In this document: one piece after another, positions 42,952-52,443 of the stretch | Layout of the letters: each line of letters begins with the position of its first letter | Position numbering within the stretch: the first letter of the stretch is position 1 | Source of the DNA: a candidate division FCPU426 bacterium | GTDB lineage: Bacteria > Oederibacteriota > Muellerivitia > Muellerivitales > Muellerivitaceae | Assembly: GCA_963796105.1 (NCBI GenBank) | Contig: CAWCKJ010000004.1 | Span: 960,001 to 1,024,000, forward strand | Length of the DNA stretch: 64,000 bases | Direction: 5' to 3' | Program-made: the position numbers and the translations under genes | The notes under the pieces: model-generated | The model's input: the letters and a program-made list of their open reading frames with translations, nothing else | Databases searched by the model: none | Told to the model about the DNA's origin: nothing

Positions 42952-43377
42952 TTATTCCAAAGGCTCCCTGTTTTGGAAACCGCCTTCAAGGGGATGCCAG
43001 TGCGCGACCGCCTTTTCCCCTTCCTTCCAGCAGAGAAAAATGACCTTCCCGTTGAGTTTGCAATAAAAATCCACCAAGCCCCCGTCCAAGTCCTTCAAAA
43101 CCGCGCCTAACTTTTGGAGGGAATCCAGTTTCACCTCGAACTGGTCAGCCTGGAGGCGAAGGGAATCCATGCACTTGATGACATTTTCCTGGGCCGCGGG
43201 GGTCAGCTGGTTATCCGGGGCGGCCCCGGTCATTTCCTCAATCTCAATCTGCGCCTGGATCCTGAAAATGGAGGCCCTGAGTTCCCTCAATGACTTCAAG
43301 AATCCATGGATTTGGGGAAGAAGCTCGTTGGCTTCCCGGATTGAGAGTATTTTAAATTTCGCTTTTCCGCCCGGCAT
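42952..43377 (-). CDS. DUF2203 family protein
   Basis: EANELLP..LKDLDGGLVDF..LCWKEGE..HWH.LEGGF..R.PL. Confidence 0.85.
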   Translation of the reverse strand: MPGGKAKFKILSIREANELLPQIHGFLKSLRELRASIFRIQAQIEIEEMTGAAPDNQLTPAAQENVIKCMDSLRLQADQFEVKLDSLQKLGAVLKDLDGGLVDFYCKLNGKVIFLCWKEGEKAVAHWHPLEGGFQNREPLE

Positions 43378-43479
43378 GATCCACCTCAGGAATGGCTTCT
43401 TAATTCATTTTAGGTACCGCCTCATCCGCAAACAAGCCTCCGCCGCCTGGTTGAGTGGTAAATTATTGACGTCCAATAC

Positions 43480-43496
43480 TTGATAATAATTATCAA
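43480..43496. promoter_or_regulatory. Fur/PerR box
   Basis: Perfect TTGATAAT-A-ATTATCAA inverted repeat next to a TTGACG -35 at 43466. Confidence 0.8.
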
Positions 43497-43515
43497 ACGA
43501 TATATATGATCAAAG

Positions 43516-43800
43516 GTGGCTCAAAAGGCGAGCCGCTTGGGCTCGGCGGCCAGGTACGACCCGAATACGGGCGAACACCACCATGTGAGCCGCATAGGCT
43601 GCCATAAGGTTGTGGATGTCGAAGAGGGGGCGGTTCCCCGGTTCCATTGCCTCAAGCCCTTATCGAAGGAATTCGAGATCGTGGATTTTTCGCTCCATTT
43701 CAGGGTTTATTGCGCGGATTGCCTGAAAAAATCGGGGCATTTGAAACTCACCCGGAAAAGGGGTTCATCCCTTACCCGCGGGGAGACTGGGGCCTCTTGA
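43516..43800 (+). pseudogene. Fur/PerR-family remnant (C-terminal domain only)
   Basis: RYD.N..EHHH..(R)IGC.KVVDV..F.VYCADC; HTH missing and first Cys replaced by Arg. Confidence 0.7.
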
Positions 43801-43993
43801 AATTTGAGGTTCAAAGCCCAATGATCTTGTTGCGGGTTTTATGGGACAGCACGAAATGACGGCCGGTGAGCGACTGGGTTGTCACGTGTGATGAGGCTGG
43901 TTCAGCTTCCTTTATCAAACGGGGAAGAGGAAAAATATAAATAAGGCCGTGACCTTGAATGGCAACACGGCAAAATTACAAAAGGAGGATGTT

Positions 43994-44518
43994 ATGGCGA
44001 CTCAAGTAGGACAAAAAGCCCCTGACTTTCAGGGGGAAGCCGTTATGCCCAACGGGGAGTTCAAGACAATCAAGCTGTCGGATTACAAGGGAAAGTGGGT
44101 GGTGTTGTTTTTCTATCCCCTCGATTTCACCTTCGTTTGCCCGACGGAGATCAAGGCCTTTAACGAGAAGTACGAGGAATTCAAGAAAATGGGAGCCGAG
44201 GTGATCACGGCCTCCACCGACAGCGCCTACAGCCACAAGGCCTGGCAGGACCAGGGCGGGCTTGGAAAATTGAAATTCCCGCACTTGGCGGACACGGCCC
44301 ACCATATTTCCCGATCCTACGGGGTCTTGATTGAGGACAAGGGAATCGCGCTTCGCGGAACCTTCGTCATCGATCCCGAGGGGAACCTGAAGCACTCCAC
44401 GATCAACGATACGGCCGTCGGCCGGAACGTTGACGAGACGATCCGCACCTTGGCGGCCTTTGAGACAGGAAAACTCACCGGCTGCGGCTGGACTCCCGGC
44501 GCGAAAACAATCAACTAA
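43994..44518 (+). CDS. ahpC: Peroxiredoxin (AhpC/Prx1)
   Basis: FFYPLDFTFVCPTE, GRNVDE; AGGAGG RBS. Confidence 0.93.
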   Translation: MATQVGQKAPDFQGEAVMPNGEFKTIKLSDYKGKWVVLFFYPLDFTFVCPTEIKAFNEKYEEFKKMGAEVITASTDSAYSHKAWQDQGGLGKLKFPHLADTAHHISRSYGVLIEDKGIALRGTFVIDPEGNLKHSTINDTAVGRNVDETIRTLAAFETGKLTGCGWTPGAKTIN

Positions 44519-44533
44519 ACATTTGGGTTTTGG

Positions 44534-44566
44534 AAAAGGGGCCCCTTCACAGGGGCCCCTTTTTTT
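44534..44566 (+). terminator. Intrinsic, probably bidirectional, terminator
   Basis: AAAAGGGGCCCCT-TCAC-AGGGGCCCCTTTTTTT between convergent genes. Confidence 0.85.
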
Positions 44567-44589
44567 ATTTTAGCGGAAAAGGGTTTCGT

Positions 44590-46752
44590 TTATTTGCTTT
44601 TGCCCCTCATCCATTGATCCAGCCATTCAAGGTTTTGAAGGGCTGTTGTGTGGTTATAGGGGGCCTGGATCGCGTGAAGATAGGCTTCCCGGGCCGAGGG
44701 CAGGTCCCGGTTCAAGAAATATAGATAGCCCAATTCGTTGAAAAATTCCGCGGAGGGATAACCTTGGCTCACGGCTTGCCGGAGGCATTGGTAAGCCGGG
44801 AGGGTCTTCCGGTCGGCCGTTTCATGCAGAAAAAGGCATTCCCAATAGAGCGATTCAGTAAAACGGGTTCCCTTGAACAGGGGATATAAATGGTTCAACT
44901 CCTCCTCGATGTCCCCATGTCCTTCCTGAAAGAGCAGGCGCATGCTTTTATCGGTCACGGCCTGCATGGCCTGGTTGATTTGGCGCAAACGCGAAAATGT
45001 TTCCCGGGTCGAAGGATCCAGGGGGACTTGGACCAGCATGGGATAACCATCCGGGGACCCGAGGACGGAACTGTGGGGAAGGATGGCGTATTGGGCGGTT
45101 GGGAATTCCTTTTTTAAAAAAGGGAAATAGTTCTCATTCACGATCAAAGCGCCCCAATCGCAGGGTTTTTCGGATAACCGGGGATTGAGGGAAGCGTTGA
45201 AAGGATAGGACGCAATTACGAGGGACGGATCGGGCGGAAAAACAAGGTTGGTTAAAATAAAACCAGGGCCTTTTTGGGAGGCGGTTGATTCGAGGAGCTT
45301 GAAGGCGCTTCCATACTGGTAAAAGCGGATCCCCTGCTCGGGATAAGATTGTCCTCCTTGGGGCGCCCAGGCTTTCGGACAAACGATAAAGAGGTGGTAA
45401 AGATCCAAACAGAGGGAGAGTGAGAGCATGGCCGCGAATATCCCCGTCCTCATCTTTCCCGCGGTCATGGGTCCAAAAAGGGAGGCCCATCCGATGGCCA
45501 CAACCAACATTAAGAAGGGCAGTATCTGGATAATCCTGAAATACTCGACGTTTCCGGTCAATAAGCCTGGAAGAAGGAAAAGAAGGAAAGAAAATATCCC
45601 CCATTGAACAAATTTGGATTTCCTGTTTTTTGAGGCCCAAGACAATCCCAGGAAAAAACAAGCTCCAAGAATAGGATTCAGGAATCCTCCCCAGTTCGGG
45701 GAATAGAAACTTCCCACGGCCGGGCCCCACCCTAAACCGGACAAATAGGAAAAGGAAGTTAGGAATTGTGACTTAAAACTTCCGGCGGAGTGAGGAAAAT
45801 TCAGGATCGAAAGGACGTATTTGCCCCAGGAATGGTTTAAAAAAACCAAGATGAAGTAGGGAATGCAAATCAATAATGCCGGCAAGAGAAAAGGCAGGAA
45901 AAAACGGGGCTTTCGGTCTTGGGAACCGCCCTGGACGATTAAAACCAAAAGGGTTAAAGAAATGGCCACCACCGTCCATGAGGTGAAGGTATAAAACCCA
46001 AGACCCGTCATGAAACCCGAAAGGATCAGGAATGTAAGACGCCGGATGGAATCCCGGGAGTTCCAGAGAAAACCCGCCAACATGAGGGTCAAATTTTCCC
46101 AAAACAAGACCAGGATTCCCGCGTGAGAGAAACGCCCGATCACCAGGGGCCAAAAACTCAGGGCGGACAATAGGAAAAAAATGAAAGAAAAGGATTTCGA
46201 AAAGAACAAGCGGGCCGCGACAAAGGAGAAAACAAGCGCTAACGTGGATAAAATCGCGGGGAAAAGCCAGAGGGACATTAGGGATGGTTCGAAGAACTTG
46301 AAGAAGAACCCCATTCCCCATATGTAAAAAGGCGGAAACTGGGAAGAGGTGTAAAAGAATTGGGGTTCGGCTTTCCCCAATAAACTTTGGGCCAAATAAC
46401 CGTGAACGGCCTCATCCTGTAAAGGCCAGGGGACGAGGGTGCTTAATTTGTAAAACCTCAAAAAAATGGAGGCTAGGGCCGGAAACAACCATAAAAATGA
46501 CCCTGTCGGAAAAAGGAAATCGGAAGGAAATAGGGTTTTAGACATTCCTGGGGAAGAGAAGTTGATTTGGATTAAAAAGGGCAGGATCAAGCCCAGCAAT
46601 AGGATCCAGCATTTGAAACCAACGTTCATTGATCCGTAAGAAACGAGGGCAAGTGTTATAGAATAAATTAAAAAATAAAAGACATTCGATTGAATGAGTT
46701 TCTTGAAGGTGCTTGCGTTAGATTGATGAAGAAGCGGGGTTTCCATGGTCAA
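44590..46752 (-). CDS. GT-C (GT39/PMT/ArnT-like) membrane glycosyltransferase with C-terminal TPR
   Basis: LRFYKL..PW.LQDEA acidic loop, many TM helices, GLGFYTF, TPR-like tail. Confidence 0.7.
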   Translation of the reverse strand: MTMETPLLHQSNASTFKKLIQSNVFYFLIYSITLALVSYGSMNVGFKCWILLLGLILPFLIQINFSSPGMSKTLFPSDFLFPTGSFLWLFPALASIFLRFYKLSTLVPWPLQDEAVHGYLAQSLLGKAEPQFFYTSSQFPPFYIWGMGFFFKFFEPSLMSLWLFPAILSTLALVFSFVAARLFFSKSFSFIFFLLSALSFWPLVIGRFSHAGILVLFWENLTLMLAGFLWNSRDSIRRLTFLILSGFMTGLGFYTFTSWTVVAISLTLLVLIVQGGSQDRKPRFFLPFLLPALLICIPYFILVFLNHSWGKYVLSILNFPHSAGSFKSQFLTSFSYLSGLGWGPAVGSFYSPNWGGFLNPILGACFFLGLSWASKNRKSKFVQWGIFSFLLFLLPGLLTGNVEYFRIIQILPFLMLVVAIGWASLFGPMTAGKMRTGIFAAMLSLSLCLDLYHLFIVCPKAWAPQGGQSYPEQGIRFYQYGSAFKLLESTASQKGPGFILTNLVFPPDPSLVIASYPFNASLNPRLSEKPCDWGALIVNENYFPFLKKEFPTAQYAILPHSSVLGSPDGYPMLVQVPLDPSTRETFSRLRQINQAMQAVTDKSMRLLFQEGHGDIEEELNHLYPLFKGTRFTESLYWECLFLHETADRKTLPAYQCLRQAVSQGYPSAEFFNELGYLYFLNRDLPSAREAYLHAIQAPYNHTTALQNLEWLDQWMRGKSK

Positions 46753-46884
46753 GGTGATTCTTTAGCTAGAAATTTACGGAATTTGAATAATTAACAACAA
46801 AAACGCCCCAAGCAAGAATTAATTTTGACCGGGCTTTGTTTAAGCGGCTGAGCCAATTTTAACTCTTATGAGGACTTATAAAAT

Positions 46885-48012
46885 ATGTCTTTTCTCGCGA
46901 TTTTTTTCCTGGGAATGGCCTTTTACATGGTCTATTGCGCTATTGATAATACGCTCTATTTCCTAAAATTCCCTCCCTTGGACACGACGAGGCGGATATG
47001 GCCATTCGTCAGCGTTTGCATACCGGCCCGCAACGAGGAGGCGCGCATTGGGCCCTGCCTGGAAAGCCTATTAAGCCAAGATTATCCCCATTATGAGGTT
47101 TTGGTCCTAGACGACCAATCCACGGATGGAACCCGCGATCTTTTAACGCGGTACTCTAAAAAGAACCGGCATTTGAAAATCCTGCGGGGGAAATCCCTTC
47201 CGGTAGATTGGGTTGGAAAGTCATGGGCTTGCCATCAACTCTCCCAAAAAGCGAAAGGAGCCTGGATACTATTTACGGATGCCGATACCTGGCACCATCC
47301 AGACACCCTTAAAAGAAGCGTCACGGCCGGCGAGAATCACCAAGCGGATCTGCTCTCCTGCGTTACAGGACAGGCGACCCAAAGCTGGTTGGAATACCTG
47401 GTTGTGCCGGTGATGGTGTTTGACCTGACGGCTTTTTTGCCAGCCAGATGGGCTATTAAACAAGGGAAATTCGGGGGAGCCAACGGGCAATTCCTATTCT
47501 TCAACCGAAAGGCCTATCAATCCATGGGCGGCCACGGCAGCGTTCGTGGCGAGATTGTGGAGGACCTGGCCATCGGGAAAAAAGTGACCCAGCGGGGCTT
47601 GCGCTTGGTCTTGTTGGACGGGAGTCGCCTAATTTCCTGCCGAATGTATCATTGCGCGAAAGAAGTCATTGAGGGCTTCTCCAAGAATTTTTTCCCGGTA
47701 TTTGACTTTTCCCTGCCAAAAGCCTTGTTTGGGATGAGTTTATTCATCCTCATCACTGTTGTTCCATTCCTATTACCCTGCCTTTATCCATCCGATACTT
47801 TTCCCTTTGACTCAGCCTTGATTTTAGCCCTGGTCCAAGTTCTCGCGAGGTTGAATCAGGCTTTTCGATTCGGATTTCCGAAAATATCCTGCCTGTTGCA
47901 TCCCCTGGGAAACCTTCTATTTATGATGATTGGGCTCAATTCCATATGGTGGTATTCAGTCCAGGGAAAGGGCCGATGGAAAGGAAGGGAACTGAAGCCT
48001 GTTTCAAAATGA
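46885..48012 (+). CDS. GT2 glycosyltransferase (CrtQ/HpnB-like)
   Basis: IPARNEE, DDQSTDGT, WVGKSWAC, FTDAD, IVEDL, WKGR. Confidence 0.88.
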   Translation: MSFLAIFFLGMAFYMVYCAIDNTLYFLKFPPLDTTRRIWPFVSVCIPARNEEARIGPCLESLLSQDYPHYEVLVLDDQSTDGTRDLLTRYSKKNRHLKILRGKSLPVDWVGKSWACHQLSQKAKGAWILFTDADTWHHPDTLKRSVTAGENHQADLLSCVTGQATQSWLEYLVVPVMVFDLTAFLPARWAIKQGKFGGANGQFLFFNRKAYQSMGGHGSVRGEIVEDLAIGKKVTQRGLRLVLLDGSRLISCRMYHCAKEVIEGFSKNFFPVFDFSLPKALFGMSLFILITVVPFLLPCLYPSDTFPFDSALILALVQVLARLNQAFRFGFPKISCLLHPLGNLLFMMIGLNSIWWYSVQGKGRWKGRELKPVSK

Positions 48013-48023
48013 CGGGGGTCTTG

Positions 48024-48461
48024 TTACTTTGGGTTCTGCTTTTTTTTCGCGATTTCCTGCTGGACGAGATGGATCCATTCTTTGATATCAGGCTTGGGCG
48101 CGGGCGGGGGAGTGGGAATCAAGGGGCGGGATTGGGAAGATTGCAATGAGACCAAATTGGCGGCCCTGGCGTTTTCCTTGGACTTGTCCACGTAGGTTTT
48201 CTGGATATCGTCGAGCACTTCCCGCAGGACTTTTTTCTCCTCCAGGTTCAAGTTCCCTGAGGTTTTCTTGATGAGGGATGAAATCATGTTGATGGTGATG
48301 CGGGCCCTGGCCAGGTTGATGTCCTTGTCCTTGTAATAGGGGTGGACCAGCTCGCCCAGGTCTATTTTAGCGGAGGAGGCCAGCATCAAGACCAAGTCGA
48401 TGAAATAGTAATCCGTAATTCCCCAATCCCGGTTGTCTTTATAGATTTGAGGTTCCGCCAT
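48024..48461 (-). CDS. DUF1844-like protein
   Basis: LG...HP...NL..AR.TI.M...L.KKT.GNL..EE. Confidence 0.65.
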   Translation of the reverse strand: MAEPQIYKDNRDWGITDYYFIDLVLMLASSAKIDLGELVHPYYKDKDINLARARITINMISSLIKKTSGNLNLEEKKVLREVLDDIQKTYVDKSKENARAANLVSLQSSQSRPLIPTPPPAPKPDIKEWIHLVQQEIAKKKQNPK

Positions 48462-48464
48462 AAT

Positions 48465-49136
48465 CTAAACCCTTTCACCGCTTATCAAGCGAACAGCCTT
48501 TACCCAGGCGTCCCATTCCCCACCCAGGGGCTCAGCGGAACGATGATAATCTTGTTTAGCCAGAAATTCATTCAAATCTTTTAAAACCCTTTCCAGGGCT
48601 TTTTTCCCCGCGTCTCGAAGGCTTCCTCGGAATGAGGAACCTATTCTTGCGGATAAGGCTTTTTCCAAATGGGGTTGGCAAAGGATTCCATGGTCCTCGA
48701 ATTCCGTCCGCATTTTTTCGGAGTGGGCCCAGCTGAGGGCGAATTGCCTGGAATAAGTTTCGTCGCATTTTTTCTCGGATTCACAGACGAGGCAGGGTTT
48801 TGCCTTGGCCCAAAACCTGGAAAGTTTGGGCAAGTCGTCCATGCCTTTTTTCAAGAGGCTCTCATAGATCAAGCCTAACGCCAGGCTTTTGCGCATTCCC
48901 ACCGCCTGCCAAGCGTGCAGGCGGCAAAAGCCCTTGGATTTGAACAGGGACTCACGGGTCAAGGGATCTGTCGCGCATTCGTCCAAAACGGATTTCAAAT
49001 GGCCTTGGACGTAGTCTTGGACGAGAAAGCAGATAGAACACCGGTCGGGCTTCAGGATTTCCAGGTAACGATCAGGTTCAACCAGGGTTGGCATGAGGGG
49101 GAAACCAGGCCGAATTAAAAGATCTTTTTCAACCAA
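48465..49136 (-). CDS. DUF6062-like Cys-motif protein
   Basis: CSIC..GFCRLH and CLVC..LCQPH; F..KQDYH.S.EP. Confidence 0.65.
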   Translation of the reverse strand: MVEKDLLIRPGFPLMPTLVEPDRYLEILKPDRCSICFLVQDYVQGHLKSVLDECATDPLTRESLFKSKGFCRLHAWQAVGMRKSLALGLIYESLLKKGMDDLPKLSRFWAKAKPCLVCESEKKCDETYSRQFALSWAHSEKMRTEFEDHGILCQPHLEKALSARIGSSFRGSLRDAGKKALERVLKDLNEFLAKQDYHRSAEPLGGEWDAWVKAVRLISGERV

Positions 49137-49702
49137 AAAGACTTTTTAGCCTTTTTTTTCTTTTCGAGCCGGCCCCGGATGGCGGTAAAGCCACTGACAG
49201 GGGAGAGTCCACCCAGCGGTTTCTGGGGCTGTCCGGAAGGCTCCTCAACCCGGGTTTTGGACCAGAAGTAATAACCAGCGCCGCCTAACGCAAGAATGAC
49301 CAAAAACCATAATATCAAATAGGTCCCGACATTTTTTTTGACCGGGGCGATATTCTCGATGGATGGACTTTTCATCGGAACGTTTGGAGCGGTCGGTATG
49401 GGCGTGGGAGGCAAAGAGGCGATGCTGATGGAATTGGGGGCCGCCGCCATGGCGGGAGCCTCAGGCTCGCTTTTTATTTTTTCAGTGTAAGAGCGGGGAA
49501 CGGCCTCTGTATTCTTTGTTTCGTCGGCCATTCCAATATCAACCCAGCTATTGGCTTGGGGAGTGGGAGTGGAATTAATGTTTAAAACGGTTTCGTTGGC
49601 TTTTTGGCTTTTGACGGCGTTCTTGTTCCCGCAGGCAGGCAGCAAAAGAAGGGATAAACCAAAAACCAAAAGAAAATTAAGGTGTCGTTTATAGGCGTTC
49701 AA
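49115..49702 (-). CDS. Hypothetical lipoprotein with C-terminal TM segment
   Basis: LPAC lipobox, Pro-rich linker, TM helix, basic tail. Confidence 0.6.
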   Translation of the reverse strand: MNAYKRHLNFLLVFGLSLLLLPACGNKNAVKSQKANETVLNINSTPTPQANSWVDIGMADETKNTEAVPRSYTEKIKSEPEAPAMAAAPNSISIASLPPTPIPTAPNVPMKSPSIENIAPVKKNVGTYLILWFLVILALGGAGYYFWSKTRVEEPSGQPQKPLGGLSPVSGFTAIRGRLEKKKKAKKSFWLKKIF

Positions 49703-49968
49703 AGGGGTCTCCGTCAGTGTTTTTATTTAACCTTATTTTACCCGTTTGAAAGACGCCGAAAAAGGGAATTAGTCGTGCGTTTGGAATCGCCACTAGTCAT
49801 GGTAGGAGATGAAAGTGTTGCCTTCTATCGGTAGGGTTTCAACGGCTATGCAACTAGTAAAACAATGGCCTGCCAACTATAGCTGGGCTTTCGCGTAATA
49901 GCCTGCCTTCGCTTATGTTTCGGCAGGGAACTTTTACAAACTTATTAATTGTTCAAGGAAGCGAAAGT

Positions 49969-50119
49969 TGGCGGAGAGGGAGGAATACGAACCGCGCTTC
50001 GCGCTCATAAGGGAAGAGACCCTTGTGTAACCAAGTTAACGACTGGGGAAACCACTGTTTCCCCAAGCTCCTTCCAGGGTTCGAATCAACTTTTCAAATA
50101 TTTTCGCTTTGCGAAAATA
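49969..50119 (-). repeat. tRNA-Ser(GCT)-linked trailer repeat ending in a duplicate of the tRNA 3' end
   Basis: 49969-49993 matches the tRNA 3' 25 nt at 23/25. Confidence 0.8.
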
Positions 50120-50211
50120 TGGCGGAGAGGGAGGGATTCGAACCCTCGAGAGGGTGTTACCCCTCCAACGGTTTAGCAAACCGTCGCCTTAAGCCGCTCG
50201 GCCACCTCTCC
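50120..50211 (-). tRNA. tRNA-Ser (GCT)
   Basis: Cloverleaf, ACGGT-TTGCTAA-ACCGT, long variable arm, GGTTCGAATC, encoded CCA. Confidence 0.96.
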
Positions 50212-50338
50212 GTAAGTTATAACTTAATCATCCAACGGCGGATCCAACTCAATCATATCGCCTGAAAGAAATGAACATTTTTCTATAGTTTTATTCCTGA
50301 TGGAGCTTTTCGTCCCGCCCCTTCTAACGAAGGGTCGA

Positions 50339-50359
50339 AAGCCGCTCGGCCACCTCTCC
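50339..50359 (-). repeat. Exact 21-bp duplicate of the tRNA-Ser(GCT) 5' end
   Basis: aagccgctcggccacctctcc identical to 50191-50211. Confidence 0.85.
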
Positions 50360-50458
50360 ACATGAAAACCATCAATTCACAATTTTACATTAAAAATTTG
50401 AAATTATGTTTCTATGGCCTGCCATGGGTAAGCCCGGGCTTATCCCGGGCGCATCGAA

Positions 50459-50724
50459 TGGCGGAGGGTGCAAAACATCGAACCGCGCCAAGCGCTCACA
50501 GGGGAGGATCCCCCTGTGTACCCCTCTTCAAGGCCATAAGGGCTACGCCCCTATGAACCCCAGGTTTTTGTCCTTCAATATAAATAATAATTCTGGCGGA
50601 GGGTGCAAAACATCGAACCGCGCCAAGCGCTCACAGGGGAGGATCCCCCTGTGTACCCCCTCTTCAAAGCCATAGGGGCTGCGCCCCTATGAAACCCCAG
50701 GTTCTCGTCTTTCAATATTAATTC
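50459..50724 (-). repeat. Two tandem ~133-bp tRNA-Ser(TGA)-linked repeats
   Basis: TGGCGGAGGGTGCA at 50459, 50594, 50725 with conserved intervening hairpins. Confidence 0.9.
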
Positions 50725-50811
50725 TGGCGGAGGGTGCAGGACTCGAACCTGCAAGGGGTTTCCCCCGGTGGATTTCAAGTCCACTGCCTTACCAATTAGG
50801 ACTAACCCTCC
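50725..50811 (-). tRNA. tRNA-Ser (TGA)
   Basis: GTGGA-CTTGAAA-TCCAC, variable arm GGGG-AAA-CCCC, GGTTCGAGTC, CCA. Confidence 0.95.
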
Positions 50812-50945
50812 ACCCATGATTCTAATTTTACCCTTTTTTCGCCGCCCGTATCAGGGGGTCACATTGTACCCAAAATCCCATAGGGGACAATCCATATCTC
50901 CTGATAAAGCATCAAGGATTTTACCGTTTTTAATTAACCTCCACT

Positions 50946-52357
50946 CACTGCTGTCCTAGATAAACCTATTTGTCTTTGAACCTCCCAGGAAAACAAGCGA
51001 TTTAGGACAGGCTCGTGAATTTTCTGGGATAAGCCCCCCTCTTTCGTCCTGATGCTGTCCAAATTAAGAATGTATTAATTCCATCTGCTTTTCCAAGGGT
51101 TCCAGTCTCGCCACTAGGAACGGTGCATCCAACCAGGCCCACAAATCACGATAGGTCAACAGGTTCATCCGTAGCATGGCAGCCAAGTGGGATAAACTCC
51201 AGGCGATCCGGCTCTTCAATTGAAGGAACTTCAACAGTAGCATGGCAATCAATGCTGTCCAAATCTGCGTCTGAACGGCATTCTCAGTGGTACCCACAAA
51301 AGTTTTTACCCGGAGGTTCTGCTTGAGAGCCTTGAAAAACAACTCGATCTGCCAACGTTCCTTGTAAATGGCACCCACCGTCGAGGCGGCAAAACCCATG
51401 TGGTTGGTCAGGAACACCAACTCCCGCTTCTGGTCTTCGTCCCATACCACCACCCGTCGCATCTCTTTAGGGTAGGCTTCATGTGACCGAAACGTCGTCA
51501 ACCGTATCACCTGGTCCTTCAGGACGTTGCCCGTTTTCGGAACCGTCAGGCTTTTCACCACCTCGTAGGCCATGTTGATCTTGGCCCGGGTCACCCACCA
51601 CACGCCTTGGAATGTCCATCGGGCCAGAAGAAAGAAATCCACATACCCCCGATCCATCACCACGATTGAATCCACTGGAAAATCGAGCTTTTGGGCCACC
51701 TTCACGTCATGCGTGCCTCCCTCCGTTACGAGTCCCCAGCAGGGCAAGTACCCCTGATGGTCCAGCAGAAGATGGAGTTTGATGGCCCCTTTGGTTCTAC
51801 GGAATTTCGCCCAGTCGAACACTGACAAACAAAGGTCGATGGTGCTGGAATCCAGGCTATAAAGAGGATTTTTAAACCTGAATTTTCTTTTTGAGGTGGC
51901 CGCCAACAACTGGCACTTCGATAATAAATGGTAAAAAAGCTTTTGTTGAACCCGCCAAGAACGCTTGGTGTTGGCATAGGCCAAGGTGGATTTAGTGGGA
52001 GCTTTGCAAAGACCCAAGTGGGTCAATTTCCCAAGGGCCGTACTGAGGCCGCCACAGATTTCCCTCAAGGAATGGGCTGCTCCCATCTGGCAGAAAAGCA
52101 TGGAAACAAACTGATCCCAGCAACTGAATCCCTTGGAGTGCTTTTCGGCTTCAATCTCTCGCACGATTCGCTCAAAAGCGGTTCGGTCTACGAGTTTCAA
52201 CACTTGGGCAAATAGACTGGTTGGTGGTACCATAAAAAAGCGCCTCCGTATGTTTGAAGTAGCGACGGCTGGTAACCGTTGCTTTGGGCTGTCATCAAAC
52301 CCAATTCTACTTCAATCGGAGGCGTCTTTTTTTAGGCCTTTATTTAGGACAAGAGTG
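50946..52357 (-). mobile_element. IS4-family element, copy 2 (same as copy 1)
   Basis: Same ends and length (1412 bp); 9-bp TSD ACCTCCACT (50937-45, 52358-66). Confidence 0.95.
51064..52233 (-). CDS. IS4-family transposase
   Basis: Protein identical to 21443-22612. Confidence 0.95.
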   Translation of the reverse strand: MVPPTSLFAQVLKLVDRTAFERIVREIEAEKHSKGFSCWDQFVSMLFCQMGAAHSLREICGGLSTALGKLTHLGLCKAPTKSTLAYANTKRSWRVQQKLFYHLLSKCQLLAATSKRKFRFKNPLYSLDSSTIDLCLSVFDWAKFRRTKGAIKLHLLLDHQGYLPCWGLVTEGGTHDVKVAQKLDFPVDSIVVMDRGYVDFFLLARWTFQGVWWVTRAKINMAYEVVKSLTVPKTGNVLKDQVIRLTTFRSHEAYPKEMRRVVVWDEDQKRELVFLTNHMGFAASTVGAIYKERWQIELFFKALKQNLRVKTFVGTTENAVQTQIWTALIAMLLLKFLQLKSRIAWSLSHLAAMLRMNLLTYRDLWAWLDAPFLVARLEPLEKQMELIHS

Positions 52358-52443
52358 ACCTCCACTCTAATTTGGAAAAGGAATAAAGAGGTATATTATT
52401 AGGTTTGTTCCAAATTTTTAGAGGTGGTTAAGAACCGAATGTC

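Noticed and set aside
49969..50724. Prophage/ICE attachment sites at tRNA-Ser
   Set aside because: Duplicates are only 130-150 bp apart with no integrase or cargo
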